Source: an uncultured cyanobacterium (GTDB lineage: Bacteria; Cyanobacteriota; Cyanobacteriia; CAKZMO01). From it: a stretch of DNA of 64,000 bases. Position numbers and translations under genes: made by a program. The DNA lies in the NCBI GenBank assembly GCA_963719515.1, contig CAVRCJ010000006.1, forward strand, positions 1 to 64,000, in the 5' to 3' direction. The notes under the pieces were generated by a model, which saw only the letters and a program-made list of their open reading frames with translations, was not told where the DNA came from and searched no databases. Shown here one piece after another: positions 50,222 through 61,140 of the stretch (positions are counted from its first letter, which is position 1; the number at the start of each line of letters is the position of its first letter).

Positions 50222-50537
50222 GCCTATCACTTTGACCTATATACGACGGCCCATGCTGTCCTACTGCTTCGGTCTACCCTACGGGATAGTGGCTACACAA
50301 ACGCATCACTACTCTCAGTGGCGACTGATCGATGTTTCACAATAACGCAATTCGTGCGGAAGCTACAAGGGGCCATTAGCTCATGGGAAGCTAAATGAGT
50401 TGAGCGCCGCGCGAGCCAATGGACATCACCATAAAGTTGCCACAAGACTGTTGTCATAAGGTCTGTATGATAAGTCGTCACAGCACAGAGATTCCGTACT
50501 AATATGGGGCAGATAATAGACCCTTGCCTTGCCGCCC

Positions 50538-51962
50538 ATGTACGACAAAATCACGCCGCCCTCTGAAGGAACGCCCATCCAGTTTATAGAGGGTACGCCT
50601 CAGGTTCCCGATACCCCCATCGTGCCCTTCATTCGCGGGGACGGGACGGGCGTCGACATCTGGCCGGCGACCCAGCGGGTGATCGACGATGCGGTGAAGG
50701 CGGCTTACGGCGACAAGCGGAAAATCACCTGGTTCAAGGTCTACGCCGGGGATGAAGCTTGTGAGGTCTACGGCGAGTACCAGTACCTGCCCGAGGACAC
50801 CCTGACCGCCATCCGCGAATACGGCATCGCCATCAAAGGCCCGCTGACGACCCCCGTTGGCGGCGGTATCCGCTCCCTCAACGTGGCCCTCCGGCAGATC
50901 AACGACCTCTACGCCTGCGTCCGTCCCTGCAAATACTACGCCGGTACCCCTTCTCCCCACCGCAATCCTCAGAAGCTAGACGTCATCGTCTACCGGGAGA
51001 ACACTGAGGACATTTACCTGGGGATTGAGTGGAAGCAGGGCAGCGAGCAGGGCGATCGCCTCATCAAGCTGCTCAACACCGATCTTATTCCCGCGACGCC
51101 AGAGCACGGTAACAAGCAAATTCCCCTTGACTCAGGCATCGGCATCAAGCCCATCAGCAAGAGTGGGTCCCAGCGCCTGGTGCGGCGGGCGATTCAACAT
51201 GCGCTGCGGCTGCCGCCCAACAAGCAAATGGTGACCTTGGTCCATAAGGGCAACATCATGAAGTATACCGAAGGGGCATTTCGCGACTGGGGCTATGAGC
51301 TCGCCACCGAGGAATTTCGCAACGAGTGCGTCACGGAGCTAGAGTCTTGGGTGCTCAGTAACGCTGACGCTAATCCGGACCTGACGGTGGAGGAGAATGC
51401 CCGCCGGGTAGAGCCGGGTTACGATTCGCTGACGCCGGAGAAAAAAGCGCAGGCCTGCGAGCAGGTGAAGTCGATTTTAGAATCTATTGGCGATACCCAC
51501 GGTGAGGGTCAGTGGAAAACCAAGATCATGGTGAATGACCGCATTGCCGACAGCATCTTCCAGCAGATTCAGACCCGCCCAGACGAATACTCTATTTTGG
51601 CGACGATGAACCTCAACGGCGACTACCTGTCTGACGCAGCGGCAGCGATTGTTGGTGGGCTAGGGATGGGGCCAGGAGCCAACATCGGCGATCGCTGTGC
51701 GGTGTTTGAAGCCACCCACGGCACTGCCCCCAAGCACGCAGGCCTAGACCGCATCAATCCGGGGTCGCTGATTTTGTCGGCGGCGATGATGCTGGAGTTT
51801 ATGGGCTGGCAGGAGGCCGCCGATCTGATTAAGACAGGGGTGAGCGGGGCGATCGCGAATCAGGAGGTGACCTACGATTTGGCCCGCCTGATGGAGCCGC
51901 CCGTAGAGCCGCTGAAATGCTCGGAGTTTGCGACGGCGATCGTTCAGCACTTTAAAGCGTGA
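50538..51962 (+). CDS. icd: NADP-dependent isocitrate dehydrogenase
   Basis: Motifs [40 protein letters not shown]. Confidence 0.98.
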   Translation: MYDKITPPSEGTPIQFIEGTPQVPDTPIVPFIRGDGTGVDIWPATQRVIDDAVKAAYGDKRKITWFKVYAGDEACEVYGEYQYLPEDTLTAIREYGIAIKGPLTTPVGGGIRSLNVALRQINDLYACVRPCKYYAGTPSPHRNPQKLDVIVYRENTEDIYLGIEWKQGSEQGDRLIKLLNTDLIPATPEHGNKQIPLDSGIGIKPISKSGSQRLVRRAIQHALRLPPNKQMVTLVHKGNIMKYTEGAFRDWGYELATEEFRNECVTELESWVLSNADANPDLTVEENARRVEPGYDSLTPEKKAQACEQVKSILESIGDTHGEGQWKTKIMVNDRIADSIFQQIQTRPDEYSILATMNLNGDYLSDAAAAIVGGLGMGPGANIGDRCAVFEATHGTAPKHAGLDRINPGSLILSAAMMLEFMGWQEAADLIKTGVSGAIANQEVTYDLARLMEPPVEPLKCSEFATAIVQHFKA

Positions 51963-52064
51963 CTACTTTCGTGGATGCTTTGGAGGCTCAAACAAAGTCC
52001 GTGCCGCCCTATTAGCATGGGGGAACCATCCTCTACACTCGGGGAAGGAAAGAGGGATAAGCCA

Positions 52065-52814
52065 ATGTCCAAATTCATGTTTATTACCGACCTCGACAAT
52101 ACGTTGGTCGGAGATAAGGCCGCATTGAGCGAGCTCAACCGGCTGCTCTCTCAACATCGAGAGCAGCACGGTACCCTAGTCGTCTACTCCACAGGGCGAT
52201 CGCCTACCCTATACCGGCAGCTGCGGCAAGAGCAGGAGATGATCGAGCCAGACTTTACCGTGCTCGCTGTGGGGACCTTAATCTACCCTGGAACCAGCGA
52301 CGAGCCCGACGCCGAGTGGGCGAGCATTCTGTCGGACGGCTGGGACCGAGACGCCGTCATGGCAACGACGGCCCACTTTTCTGACCTAGCGCCTCAGCCC
52401 GCTTCAGAGCAGACCTCCCACAAAGCCAGCTATTTTCTTCAGCCCGGTGTAGCGGATGAGCTGCTGCCCAGCTTACGAAAAGCAATAGCCCAAAAGGGTC
52501 TAGACGTTCAGCTGGTGTACAGCAGTCAGCAGGACCTAGATATTTTGCCCAAGCGCGGCAACAAAGGCGCCGCCGTCGCCTTTTTGCAGCAGCGCCTCGA
52601 TATGCCCCAGGAGCGCACCGTCGTCTGCGGTGACTCGGGCAACGATTTGTCGATGTTCCAGGCGGCGAACGCCAAAGGGATTATTGTAGGTAACGCCCGC
52701 GACGAGCTGCGGGAGTGGCACCAGCGCGAGGCCTCCTCCGACATCTATTTGGCCCAGGCCCATTGCGCAGGCGGTATTCTAGAAGGCCTAAAGCACTTCG
52801 GTTTTCTAGCGTAA
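52065..52814 (+). CDS. spp: sucrose-phosphate phosphatase
   Basis: Motifs TDLDNTLVG, STGRS, DILP..GNKG, CGDSGND. Confidence 0.9.
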   Translation: MSKFMFITDLDNTLVGDKAALSELNRLLSQHREQHGTLVVYSTGRSPTLYRQLRQEQEMIEPDFTVLAVGTLIYPGTSDEPDAEWASILSDGWDRDAVMATTAHFSDLAPQPASEQTSHKASYFLQPGVADELLPSLRKAIAQKGLDVQLVYSSQQDLDILPKRGNKGAAVAFLQQRLDMPQERTVVCGDSGNDLSMFQAANAKGIIVGNARDELREWHQREASSDIYLAQAHCAGGILEGLKHFGFLA

Positions 52815-52820
52815 ACAGCG

Positions 52821-53447
52821 ATGCTCAGCTACCTCCGGGGAACTCTCATCAGTATTCAAAAAGTCGGCAGCGGACGCGTTCTCCTCGTGCTAGAGGTCAA
52901 CCGCGTTGGCTACGAGCTGCAAATTTTGCCCCGCATGGTGGGAGAGCTGCCTGAAATTGGGGAAGAGGCACAGATTCACACCCACCAGCAGGTCCGCGAA
53001 GACCAGATGCTGCTCTACGGCTTTAGCTCCGCCGCCCAGCGGGATCTATTTCGCCAGCTGGTCGCCGTTAGCGGCATCGGCCCTCAGCTGGCTGTGGCCC
53101 TGCTAGACACCTTTGCCCTCACGGACCTGGTGCAGGCGATCGTCGGCGGCAAGACGCGGCTGCTGGCCAAAACGCCGGGGGTCGGCCCAAAAACCGCCGA
53201 GCGCATTTCCCTGGAGCTAAAAACTAAGCTGGCGGAGTGGCGCGAGCAGGCAGGCATCGTCGCTGTCCCTGACGCCGCCCCAGTGGCTTCGGTGCAGGAA
53301 GATGTGGAAATGACATTGCTGGCTCTGGGCTACTCTCCAGGGGAAATCGCCCGCGCCCTGCAGGCGGTCGGTCAGTCCACAGCGCTCTCCAAAACAGCCG
53401 ACGCCGGGGAGTGGATTCGAGAGGCGATCGCTTGGCTGAGTCATTAG
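52821..53447 (+). CDS. ruvA: Holliday junction branch migration protein
   Basis: Motifs VRED..LLYGF, VSGIGP, PGVGPKTAERI. Confidence 0.97.
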   Translation: MLSYLRGTLISIQKVGSGRVLLVLEVNRVGYELQILPRMVGELPEIGEEAQIHTHQQVREDQMLLYGFSSAAQRDLFRQLVAVSGIGPQLAVALLDTFALTDLVQAIVGGKTRLLAKTPGVGPKTAERISLELKTKLAEWREQAGIVAVPDAAPVASVQEDVEMTLLALGYSPGEIARALQAVGQSTALSKTADAGEWIREAIAWLSH

Positions 53448-53545
53448 CAGAAGGCTATGGTAAGATTGTAGGCCTGACCATTCACAGACTTGATGGTCAA
53501 ATTGATGACCATACATGACCTAGCGCAAGAAAGTAGCTCAAATCC

Positions 53546-53815
53546 ATGGCACTTGTTCAAGAGAAAAAGCAGGAACTGATCAACGAATATCAGATTCACG
53601 AGACTGACACAGGGTCAGCTGATGTTCAAGTGGCGATGCTTACGGAGCGAATCAACCTCCTTAGCGCTCACCTGAAGACAAACAAAAAGGATTTTTCCTC
53701 TCGTCGAGGTCTCCTTAAAATGATCGGTCAACGCAAGCGGCTGCTCAGCTACATCCTGAAGCAAGACCAGCAGCGCTACCGAGATCTGATCGCCAAGCTT
53801 GGCATTCGCGGATAG
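53546..53815 (+). CDS. rpsO: 30S ribosomal protein S15
   Basis: [16 protein letters not shown]...SRRGLLK. Confidence 0.98.
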   Translation: MALVQEKKQELINEYQIHETDTGSADVQVAMLTERINLLSAHLKTNKKDFSSRRGLLKMIGQRKRLLSYILKQDQQRYRDLIAKLGIRG

Positions 53816-53862
53816 ACAGCCCGTCCCGACATAGACAGCAGGATAAGTTAGGTGCATGACCT

Positions 53863-54456
53863 ATGGCTAGCCCCTCCAACTCTGACGATCGCTCTAAAGC
53901 CCGTTCGTCGAAGGCGCGTTTGCCGTTTGAGCCCAAAAGCCGGAAGAAGTCTGGGCCAGCGGTAGAGCCGGACGCTCCCGTCAAGGGAGACGGCGACAAC
54001 AGCGTCAAGGCTAGCGACAAGCGAGCTAACGCCAAAGCGGCCAAAGTGCAGGCGGCCAAGGAAAAGCTAACCAAAATGAAAATGCTGTCTGAGCAGCAGC
54101 GCCGACAGGGTGGCCGCGGCGCGAACAAAGGTGGCATTCCTGAGGTGGTGACTCAGCGCATGGTAAAGCGCATGGCCCTTTTGGCCGGAACGCCGATGCT
54201 GCTGGGGGTGGCGACTTTTTTCGTCAGCTACTACATCGTCAGCCGCGACCTGCTTCAACTGCCCACAGTCGCCGTCTTGCTCGTTAGCCTAGGCTTCTTC
54301 GGTCTCAGCGTCTTGGGGCTGAGCTATGGCGCTCTATCCGCCTCGTGGGAAGAAACGAGCGAAGCGGGTAGCTTTTGGGGCTGGCAAGAATTTCGCCTCA
54401 ATTTTGGCCGCATGCGGGGCTCGTGGAAGGACGCCAAAGAGGCTAGAAATTCGTAG
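53863..54456 (+). CDS. PAM68 family (DUF3464) protein
   Basis: LPFEP, IPEVV..RM and GLSYGALSASWE motifs; position after rpsO. Confidence 0.85.
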   Translation: MASPSNSDDRSKARSSKARLPFEPKSRKKSGPAVEPDAPVKGDGDNSVKASDKRANAKAAKVQAAKEKLTKMKMLSEQQRRQGGRGANKGGIPEVVTQRMVKRMALLAGTPMLLGVATFFVSYYIVSRDLLQLPTVAVLLVSLGFFGLSVLGLSYGALSASWEETSEAGSFWGWQEFRLNFGRMRGSWKDAKEARNS

Positions 54457-54505
54457 GGCACAGGTAAATTAGGCCCATCAGCAGACGATGTAAGGAGACA
54501 CCATC

Positions 54506-55561
54506 ATGATTGTGGTAATGAAGGCCGGAGCCCCTGAATTGGAGGTGCAGCGCCTGTCGGATGAGTTTGAGGGTCGAGGGCTGACGCCTGAAAAGATTGT
54601 GGGTAAGCACAAGACCGTTATTGGCCTTGTGGGCGATACCGTTGACCTAGATCCGCTTCAGCTTCAGGAACTGAGCTCCTGGATCGAGCAGGTGCTGCGC
54701 GTTGAGAAACCCTTTAAGCGGGCGAGCCGAGAATACCGCCACGGCGAGGCTAGCGACGTGCTCGTGGGCACCCCTAGCGGCATGGTGGCCTTTGGTGAGA
54801 ATCAGCCTCTCGTTTTGGTGGCGGGCCCCTGCTCTGTAGAAAATGAGGACATGATTGTTGAGACGGCGCGGCGCGTTAAGGCGGCGGGCGCTCAGTTTTT
54901 GCGCGGTGGAGCCTACAAGCCCCGCACTTCTCCCTATGCATTCCAGGGGCATGGCGAGAGCGCGCTGCATCTTTTGTCCGCTGCCCGAGAGGCTAGCGGA
55001 CTGGGGATCATCACAGAGGTGATGGACACCGCTGACGTCGAGAAGATTGCTGAAGTTGCGGACGTGCTGCAGGTGGGTGCGCGCAACATGCAAAACTTTG
55101 CTTTGCTTAAAAAGGTAGGCGCTCAGGACAAGCCCGTGCTCCTAAAGCGGGGCATGTCGGCCACTATCAGCGAATGGCTGATGGCCTCTGAGTACATTTT
55201 GGCGGCGGGTAACCCCAACGTGATTCTTTGCGAGCGAGGCATTCGCACCTTCGATCGCACCTACACCCGCAACACCCTCGACCTTTCTGTAGTGCCGGTG
55301 CTGCGATCGCTCACCCATCTTCCCATCATGATTGACCCTAGCCACGGCACGGGCTGGGCTAGCTACGTCCCCGATATGGCCGCTGCCGCTGTTGCGGTGG
55401 GGGCAGACTCTCTGATGATCGAAGTTCATCCCAACCCGCCCAAGGCCCTATCAGATGGGGCTCAGTCCCTGACGCCGGAGCAGTTCTCTCAGCTGGTAGA
55501 GCGGCTCTCAGTCGTGGGCAAGGCTGTGGGACGCTGGCCTCTCACCCCAGCCGTCACGTAA
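54506..55561 (+). CDS. aroF: DAHP synthase (class I-beta)
   Basis: Motifs [31 protein letters not shown]. Confidence 0.95.
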   Translation: MIVVMKAGAPELEVQRLSDEFEGRGLTPEKIVGKHKTVIGLVGDTVDLDPLQLQELSSWIEQVLRVEKPFKRASREYRHGEASDVLVGTPSGMVAFGENQPLVLVAGPCSVENEDMIVETARRVKAAGAQFLRGGAYKPRTSPYAFQGHGESALHLLSAAREASGLGIITEVMDTADVEKIAEVADVLQVGARNMQNFALLKKVGAQDKPVLLKRGMSATISEWLMASEYILAAGNPNVILCERGIRTFDRTYTRNTLDLSVVPVLRSLTHLPIMIDPSHGTGWASYVPDMAAAAVAVGADSLMIEVHPNPPKALSDGAQSLTPEQFSQLVERLSVVGKAVGRWPLTPAVT

Positions 55562-56996
55562 GCTTGGACTGATCGGCGATCGCGTCCTGCGATGCTGCCG
55601 GATCGGCAGGGCTAGCGGCTCCCTCGGGGCGCTGATTGGGGGAATCGAGCCGCTGCAGTTTGCCCACCTGCTGTCCCAAACTCCGCAAGATATGGGAGAG
55701 GTCGGCCAGCACCTCCATCGAGGGATCAGAGCCGTCAGGCGATGCCGCCATCCGATTCTTCAACTCGCTCACTCTGAGCTGCACCTGCTTCGCTGCGTCG
55801 ATGGCCTCCTGCCCTAAGCGCGTCATTTGCTGGCGCTGGTAAAGCTTGAGCGTCGCGCCCTGCAAAACCTGCAGCATCGCGTTCTCGCCCTGCTGGCTGG
55901 TCGTTATGCGAACGCGTAGAAGCACCGTTGATTCTCCATAGGTGTACTCCAGCTCAGCGAAGCTAGTACGTTTGACCAAGGCCATGGGGAGCTGCATCAT
56001 CTGCTTCAGTTCATTCAGCACGCCCTGGAGCTGATCTTTGGAAATTGGGTCAATTGCCGACCGCAGCACCCCACTATCGCTCCAAAGGATGCGACCTCGG
56101 TCGGCCTGGGGCTCAAAGTAAAGGCGACTGATATTTCCCACTAGCACACGGCCCAAAAGCTCAGGCAGCAGATGGCGCGGGGCCAGCTCGGCAAGTCGCT
56201 CGAACGGCAGCTCTGGGCGTCGAATATCGAGCGCTAGCGCAGGGGGCGTATGCACTTGAACTGTAGGCTGATTCTCCTGAGCGCTGTCGTCACCTGAGGC
56301 TGGCGGTAGCTGTGGGTCACTGAGGGCAGATATGGGGTTTCCAGGCCTGTTTTTGAGATGAATTTCTGAGGGTAGGTAAGCTTCGTCTAGAGTCTCAGGG
56401 CTATCGACGACGTAGGTTTCTTGCTCTGGCCTTGGGGCAGGTCGCTTACCTTTGCGGCGGCGATCGCGCTTACGACTTGGGTCGGGTGCGGCATCGATGG
56501 GCTGAGCTGCGGCTGCAGCTGACTCTGAACCGGCAGGCTCAACCGCTTCAGGGCTAAAGATTTTAGGGTGGGACTGCGGCACGGGAGACGCTGCGGGCGC
56601 TGAGGTTTTTAGAGCCACGGGTGAGGCCGCGTCCGCGGCGCGCTTCGGCTGGGGTTGAAGACGCGCGCTCGCAGCATCGGCGGCATGGTGCTTTAGGTAA
56701 GCCGACAGCGCCACCTGCAGAACCGTCGAAGAAATAGACTGCTTGACGAGTGAGTAATTTAGGTAAGCAATGATACGTCGAGCGTATTCATAGGCCGCAG
56801 TATCACCGACAAAAACCATGCCCAAGTGCAGGTGTCTGCCCTTCAAAAAGAGAGGAAGTATCTGATGGTGTAGGCATATCTCAACAGGAAGCACGCTCTC
56901 GATCAGCGTAAACATCTGCTCGATGTTTACGCGCTCAGCCATCTCTTTATTAGAGAACTCTGGATAGAGACGCTTCACTAGCTGTTGGTAATCCAT
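55554..56996 (-). CDS. hypothetical protein with GspE/PilB-N-terminal-like regions, no ATPase motifs seen
   Basis: LPVEICLHHQILPL...LHLGMV; RLYFE...RILW..SG. Confidence 0.65.
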   Translation of the reverse strand: MDYQQLVKRLYPEFSNKEMAERVNIEQMFTLIESVLPVEICLHHQILPLFLKGRHLHLGMVFVGDTAAYEYARRIIAYLNYSLVKQSISSTVLQVALSAYLKHHAADAASARLQPQPKRAADAASPVALKTSAPAASPVPQSHPKIFSPEAVEPAGSESAAAAAQPIDAAPDPSRKRDRRRKGKRPAPRPEQETYVVDSPETLDEAYLPSEIHLKNRPGNPISALSDPQLPPASGDDSAQENQPTVQVHTPPALALDIRRPELPFERLAELAPRHLLPELLGRVLVGNISRLYFEPQADRGRILWSDSGVLRSAIDPISKDQLQGVLNELKQMMQLPMALVKRTSFAELEYTYGESTVLLRVRITTSQQGENAMLQVLQGATLKLYQRQQMTRLGQEAIDAAKQVQLRVSELKNRMAASPDGSDPSMEVLADLSHILRSLGQQVGKLQRLDSPNQRPEGAASPADPAASQDAIADQSKLT

Positions 56997-57248
56997 AGCC
57001 CTATCGGCCCACAGTAATCGATCATCCAAGCAGGATATGCAAAGGCTAACACATCAATCCCTATGGGGCTGACGTCCTTATGCTATGCCTGATCCTGCAG
57101 GCTTAAAGGCTTGAAATCCGGATTTTAGGCCCGAAACGCGGGTCCAAAAGTGTGGGCTCCAAAAGTGCGGGCTCTAGAAGCCTAACTCCTCAGAAAGGCT
57201 AACCTAGTGCCCTAGCCCCAACCTATGCCAGACTCCGAATCGATAGAC

Positions 57249-58370
57249 CTAGCTGCTTCGCACCTCTTGAGCGGCCAAATAAAGCTTGTGCCAATCGCCC
57301 AACACTTGCGCGACCGGTAGGCCGTGCTTTTTGGCGATCGCCTCAAAGGTCTTTCCCGCCTTGATATCTTCTACCAGTAGACGCTGATACGCTGTCAGCT
57401 CGTTCCAGAACTGCTGCCACTGATCGGGCAAGAGACCCAAGCTATGTTCCTGAAGCGAGGTGCCCAACCAAGCGGTGACCAGGTCAGATTTACGCTTTGT
57501 GCAAAACACCTTAACAGCGTGATAACTGACCTTCTCTCGCAGCCGGTAAACCTGTTTGATTGGCATCTGCATCTGCTGGGCGATCGAGTCCTGGGTGTAA
57601 CCCTGTAGATGAAGCCCAAGCCACGTCACCGCCTCATCTCCCAGCGCCTCCTCAAGGTAGCTCTCAAACTCCTCCTTGACGCTACGGCGCAGGGTTTGCT
57701 GCTCCTGCCAAAATTTGTTGTCTTGATACTGAGCGAGCGCTTCATCATCCAGCAAACTGATAGGGCTCTCGCTGTCACCGAGAGTTTGCTCTTCAGAAAT
57801 CAGCCGAATTGTATCTCGGCTGGGCACCTGCGTCATGCCGCCCCGCTGGGAGCGTCGTAAGTAGTTGACAAACCGGTAAACCAGTAGCGGCTGGTTGCGA
57901 ATGGGCCTCAGGCAGTACTCCTCAATGCTCGTCAAGATTAGAGCGTTGCGAAGCCGTCGGTCTGAGGTGCAGCGAGAAATAAATCGAAGCTGCTGCTGGA
58001 TGTGGCGATCGCTCTGAAGCATCTCCTGAATCACCTCCTGAATCACCTCCATCGGGCTGCGGCGGCGATCCCGCGACAGGGCTATCCAGGTCCGCACCTT
58101 GTTGCGCACCACAGATATACTGTTGAGACGCTTAATCAGCTGATGATACGCGCGGTGAGGACTTCCAAGGTAGCGCCTGCACAAAATGCGGTAACGATAT
58201 TCCATGGCCTGCTGCAGCACCCGCAGGTGCTCACCGGACGATCGCTCAACTTGATCTAGGCTCTCCCCCAGGAGCCAAGTCACGATGCTATCGCGATCCT
58301 GCTGGGACCAATCCGGCAGCTCCATCTGCAGCCGCGATTGCCATTGGTGCCTTAGGTCTTCAACTGCCAT
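57249..58370 (-). CDS. HetZ-related protein
   Basis: SIVTWLLGE, YRYRIL, RNKVRTWIALSRDR, EEYCLRPIRNQPL, C-terminal HTH-like segment. Confidence 0.8.
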   Translation of the reverse strand: MAVEDLRHQWQSRLQMELPDWSQQDRDSIVTWLLGESLDQVERSSGEHLRVLQQAMEYRYRILCRRYLGSPHRAYHQLIKRLNSISVVRNKVRTWIALSRDRRRSPMEVIQEVIQEMLQSDRHIQQQLRFISRCTSDRRLRNALILTSIEEYCLRPIRNQPLLVYRFVNYLRRSQRGGMTQVPSRDTIRLISEEQTLGDSESPISLLDDEALAQYQDNKFWQEQQTLRRSVKEEFESYLEEALGDEAVTWLGLHLQGYTQDSIAQQMQMPIKQVYRLREKVSYHAVKVFCTKRKSDLVTAWLGTSLQEHSLGLLPDQWQQFWNELTAYQRLLVEDIKAGKTFEAIAKKHGLPVAQVLGDWHKLYLAAQEVRSS

Positions 58371-58776
58371 TATCAACCTGCTACAGCCTTATAAGTTACT
58401 AGGTGCAGCCTGCACGTCAAAAAATTTTCAAAAGGAAACGAATCGGTACAACAAAGACTATTTAAGGTCTATCAAACGCAGAACAGGCTACTAAACTTTG
58501 GTGAAGTATATTTAAGAATAGCCCAAATTCCGTACCCCTCAGCGCTGAATTTACCGCGTGCTGAAAGTTGTAGTCCATCAGCACTCATTCACCTAGACGT
58601 CGACATATACAGCAGCGTCAAGATGTAGCATCCTGTAGCCAGTTGTTCCAAAACTGCGAAACTGACCCCTCTAGCTCCCTTAACCTTTTCAGATGCTCCT
58701 AGAATTTCAAGTGATCTTCGTCACTTACTATCAATACTGCCTAGCTCATTCAGCCTGAAGTCGTGTATCTTTTTAC

Positions 58777-59174
58777 GTGACATCCTCCCGACGCTGACAG
58801 CAAGCTGTACAGCGCGGGCTTCCTCAGTGACTCCCAGCTATTGCCGAGACATATCCTGAGATAGGTTTATACTCCGCCTGATGCCCCACGGCAGAGTTTT
58901 GAATTTTCATCTCCGCGAGGGAGGATACGCACTATGTGTCGCAGATACATTTGCAAACTGAGGAACGGGTGACTTGCAGCTTTCGTCTACGGGCCCGTCA
59001 CACTCTTTGCGGGGTGTATCACCTTGCTATCTCTATCATACCAACTGCTAGCCTCAGCGCTGAGCGCACTATCCGCTGTGCATCATTTTGCGGGCGCACT
59101 TCGGCTAGCGCGACTCTCATCCCGACGCTCACCCTGACGGGTAGAGCACGGGGCTTCTCGTCTAGTCGCTAAAA
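58777..59174 (-). mobile_element. non-autonomous IS200/IS605-derived element, copy 2
   Basis: Near-identical to 4457-4854, same orientation, different flanks, no target duplication. Confidence 0.82.
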
Positions 59175-59458
59175 ATGTGACTTTCTGACCGTCACAGCGC
59201 ATCGAGTGAGTTTCGGCGCAATGATGGATTAAAGCTAAGACTGGGCAAATTGATCGAATCGGTATATCGGCAGACTAACTTGTACAGCCGTTTGCAGTAA
59301 TCTGTATAATTATGTCATCATGAGCTTTCTATGGGCTCTGTTGGGCTTTGTGCAGCGTCCGTCAGGGTGATGATAGTTACCAGTTAGGCAGTAAACAAGT
59401 TGCACAAGCTGATTGCCAACCATCCAGGGTGTTTTCTAATCAGAGAGAGGAGTGCATT

Positions 59459-59743
59459 ATGTTTCAGACACCTCAACAGGCTCTAAAGCCTAACCCGTTT
59501 ACAACTCATCGCGATCCAGAAACGGGACGATGGATTGTTGTGTTAACTGACGCGGCTCGTCTGAGCCAGGATTGCTCATCGGTATCGCAATCATCGGTTT
59601 CACAATCGTCGACGTCACAGTATTGCAACACCGCCACCGCCCGACTTTCCAGAAAATCAGCTTTATTTAGTTCTCAGCTTCGTCCCGTTTCTGCAGGATC
59701 CACCCACAGTATCAGAGCAGCCTCAGCGGTCCCCTCATCGTGA
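59459..59743 (+). CDS. small hypothetical protein
   Basis: GAGGAG RBS; PNPFTTHRDPETGRWIVV motif then Ser-rich tail. Confidence 0.6.
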   Translation: MFQTPQQALKPNPFTTHRDPETGRWIVVLTDAARLSQDCSSVSQSSVSQSSTSQYCNTATARLSRKSALFSSQLRPVSAGSTHSIRAASAVPSS

Positions 59744-60300
59744 TACAGCTTCCCTCCATCCCCAGCGACGTCTCCTTCAACGCTTCAATCAAGCTGACTG
59801 GGCAGCTGCTTGAGTCTGTTCGAGCAGCTGCCCAGTCACTCCCTCAATCAGCAGATGAGGCAGCTATAGCGCAGACAGTTGCTGACCTGGTTCAGAGTAA
59901 GCAAGGCGGCCGGGGCTTTTTTGTGGTCTATCTGACGGGTGAGCACCCCCTAGATCACCCGCCTCACCCGGCGGTGGTGGAAGGGCTTCGGCAAGCGCCT
60001 GAGCAAACAACAGACTTGCTCACTAAAAATCTGGCCATGTCCACCGCCATGGTGGTGGCTCACCGCCGCCAAGGTAACTCTGAGATGGCTCAGCAGTCAG
60101 AGCAGGTGCGATCGCGATCGCTAGAGCTAATTGAAGCACTGCGTTTACCCTCACTGACCGAAGCGCTGACGCAGCTGCGCGACAGCGCCGCCTCCAGCGA
60201 CGGCAGCTTCGAAGCATTTTTGACCCGATGGGGCTACGACGATGAGCAGCGGCAGCACATTGAAAAATCCGCTGACGAAGCGCTAAAGCGGCTCAGTTAG
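59740..60300 (+). CDS. conserved cyanobacterial hypothetical protein
   Basis: G.RGFFVVYLT, KNLAMSTAM and FL.RWGYD motifs. Confidence 0.75.
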   Translation: MIQLPSIPSDVSFNASIKLTGQLLESVRAAAQSLPQSADEAAIAQTVADLVQSKQGGRGFFVVYLTGEHPLDHPPHPAVVEGLRQAPEQTTDLLTKNLAMSTAMVVAHRRQGNSEMAQQSEQVRSRSLELIEALRLPSLTEALTQLRDSAASSDGSFEAFLTRWGYDDEQRQHIEKSADEALKRLS

Positions 60301-60507
60301 CTCAGTCCTTCGCTCTAGGTATCAGACAAACCGGTCAAAGGGCAAGTCAGTAGCTTTAAAGAACTCACCTAGTTTTGTCGAGTAGCGTTACCGAAACTTA
60401 ACGAGAAACCCACAGTGCTGAGCCATGATAGAGGACAGCAGCGTGGCCTAGTGCGTTTCTTGGCGAGCGGCGCTGCGAGCCGTACTAAATGAGACGAGGA
60501 GCACTGA

Positions 60508-61140
60508 GTGGCACGATTTTCCGCAGATTTACACCGCTACTTCTTTGAGGAGCCGCCCACTGACAAAATTCGGCTCGACCATATCTTAGAGCTGGCGGGC
60601 GAGCGCACCTTTGGTTTTTTACTGGTGCTGCTGGCGCTGCCCTCCGCGCTACCGGTTCCGGCCCCGGGCTACTCAATCCCGTTTGGCATTCTCATTGTGC
60701 TACTGGCCCTACAGTTTGCCGTGGGCCGGCCCGAGCCCTGGTTCCCTCGCGGCTTGCGGCAGCGGTCCATTGGCCTCAAGCAAACCCAGCGCATTCTCTC
60801 GGCGGGGTTGCCTTGGCTAAAGCGGCTGGAGTCTCTTTCCAAACCTCGCATGGCCTATATCTGCACGAGCCCCCTGTGGCGAGCCGTGCTCGGAGTCGCG
60901 ATCGCCCTCATGGGAATCTCGATGATGATCCCACTACCGCTGACCAATACTTTTCCCGCCATCGGCGTGTTTATTGTCGGCTTTAGCCTCATCGAAGACG
61001 ACGGCCTAGTGGGTCTAGCCGGGCTCACCACCTGCGTCATCGCCGGGGCTGTTTCTACGGCGCTGGTTACCGCTTACTTCGTCGGCGGCCTCAAGCTGGT
61101 GGAGGTCGTCATCGATCAGATTCGCGGCGTCGCGCCGTAG
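60508..61140 (+). CDS. ExoD family exopolysaccharide synthesis protein
   Basis: Motifs GERTFGFLL, ALPVPAPG, IPLPLTNT, EDDGL. Confidence 0.9.
   Translation: MARFSADLHRYFFEEPPTDKIRLDHILELAGERTFGFLLVLLALPSALPVPAPGYSIPFGILIVLLALQFAVGRPEPWFPRGLRQRSIGLKQTQRILSAGLPWLKRLESLSKPRMAYICTSPLWRAVLGVAIALMGISMMIPLPLTNTFPAIGVFIVGFSLIEDDGLVGLAGLTTCVIAGAVSTALVTAYFVGGLKLVEVVIDQIRGVAP

Noticed and set aside
50400..50530. NtcA site upstream of icd
   Set aside because: No GTA-N8-TAC match found.
50499..50960. 153-aa antisense ORF over icd (and similar shadow ORFs over yghU, aroF, SulP, NupC)
   Set aside because: Expected by-product of high-GC codon bias opposite well-supported genes.
59176..59196. TGTGAC-N9-GTCACA palindrome as a CRP site
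   Set aside because: Spacing does not fit TGTGA-N6-TCACA; regulator unassignable.
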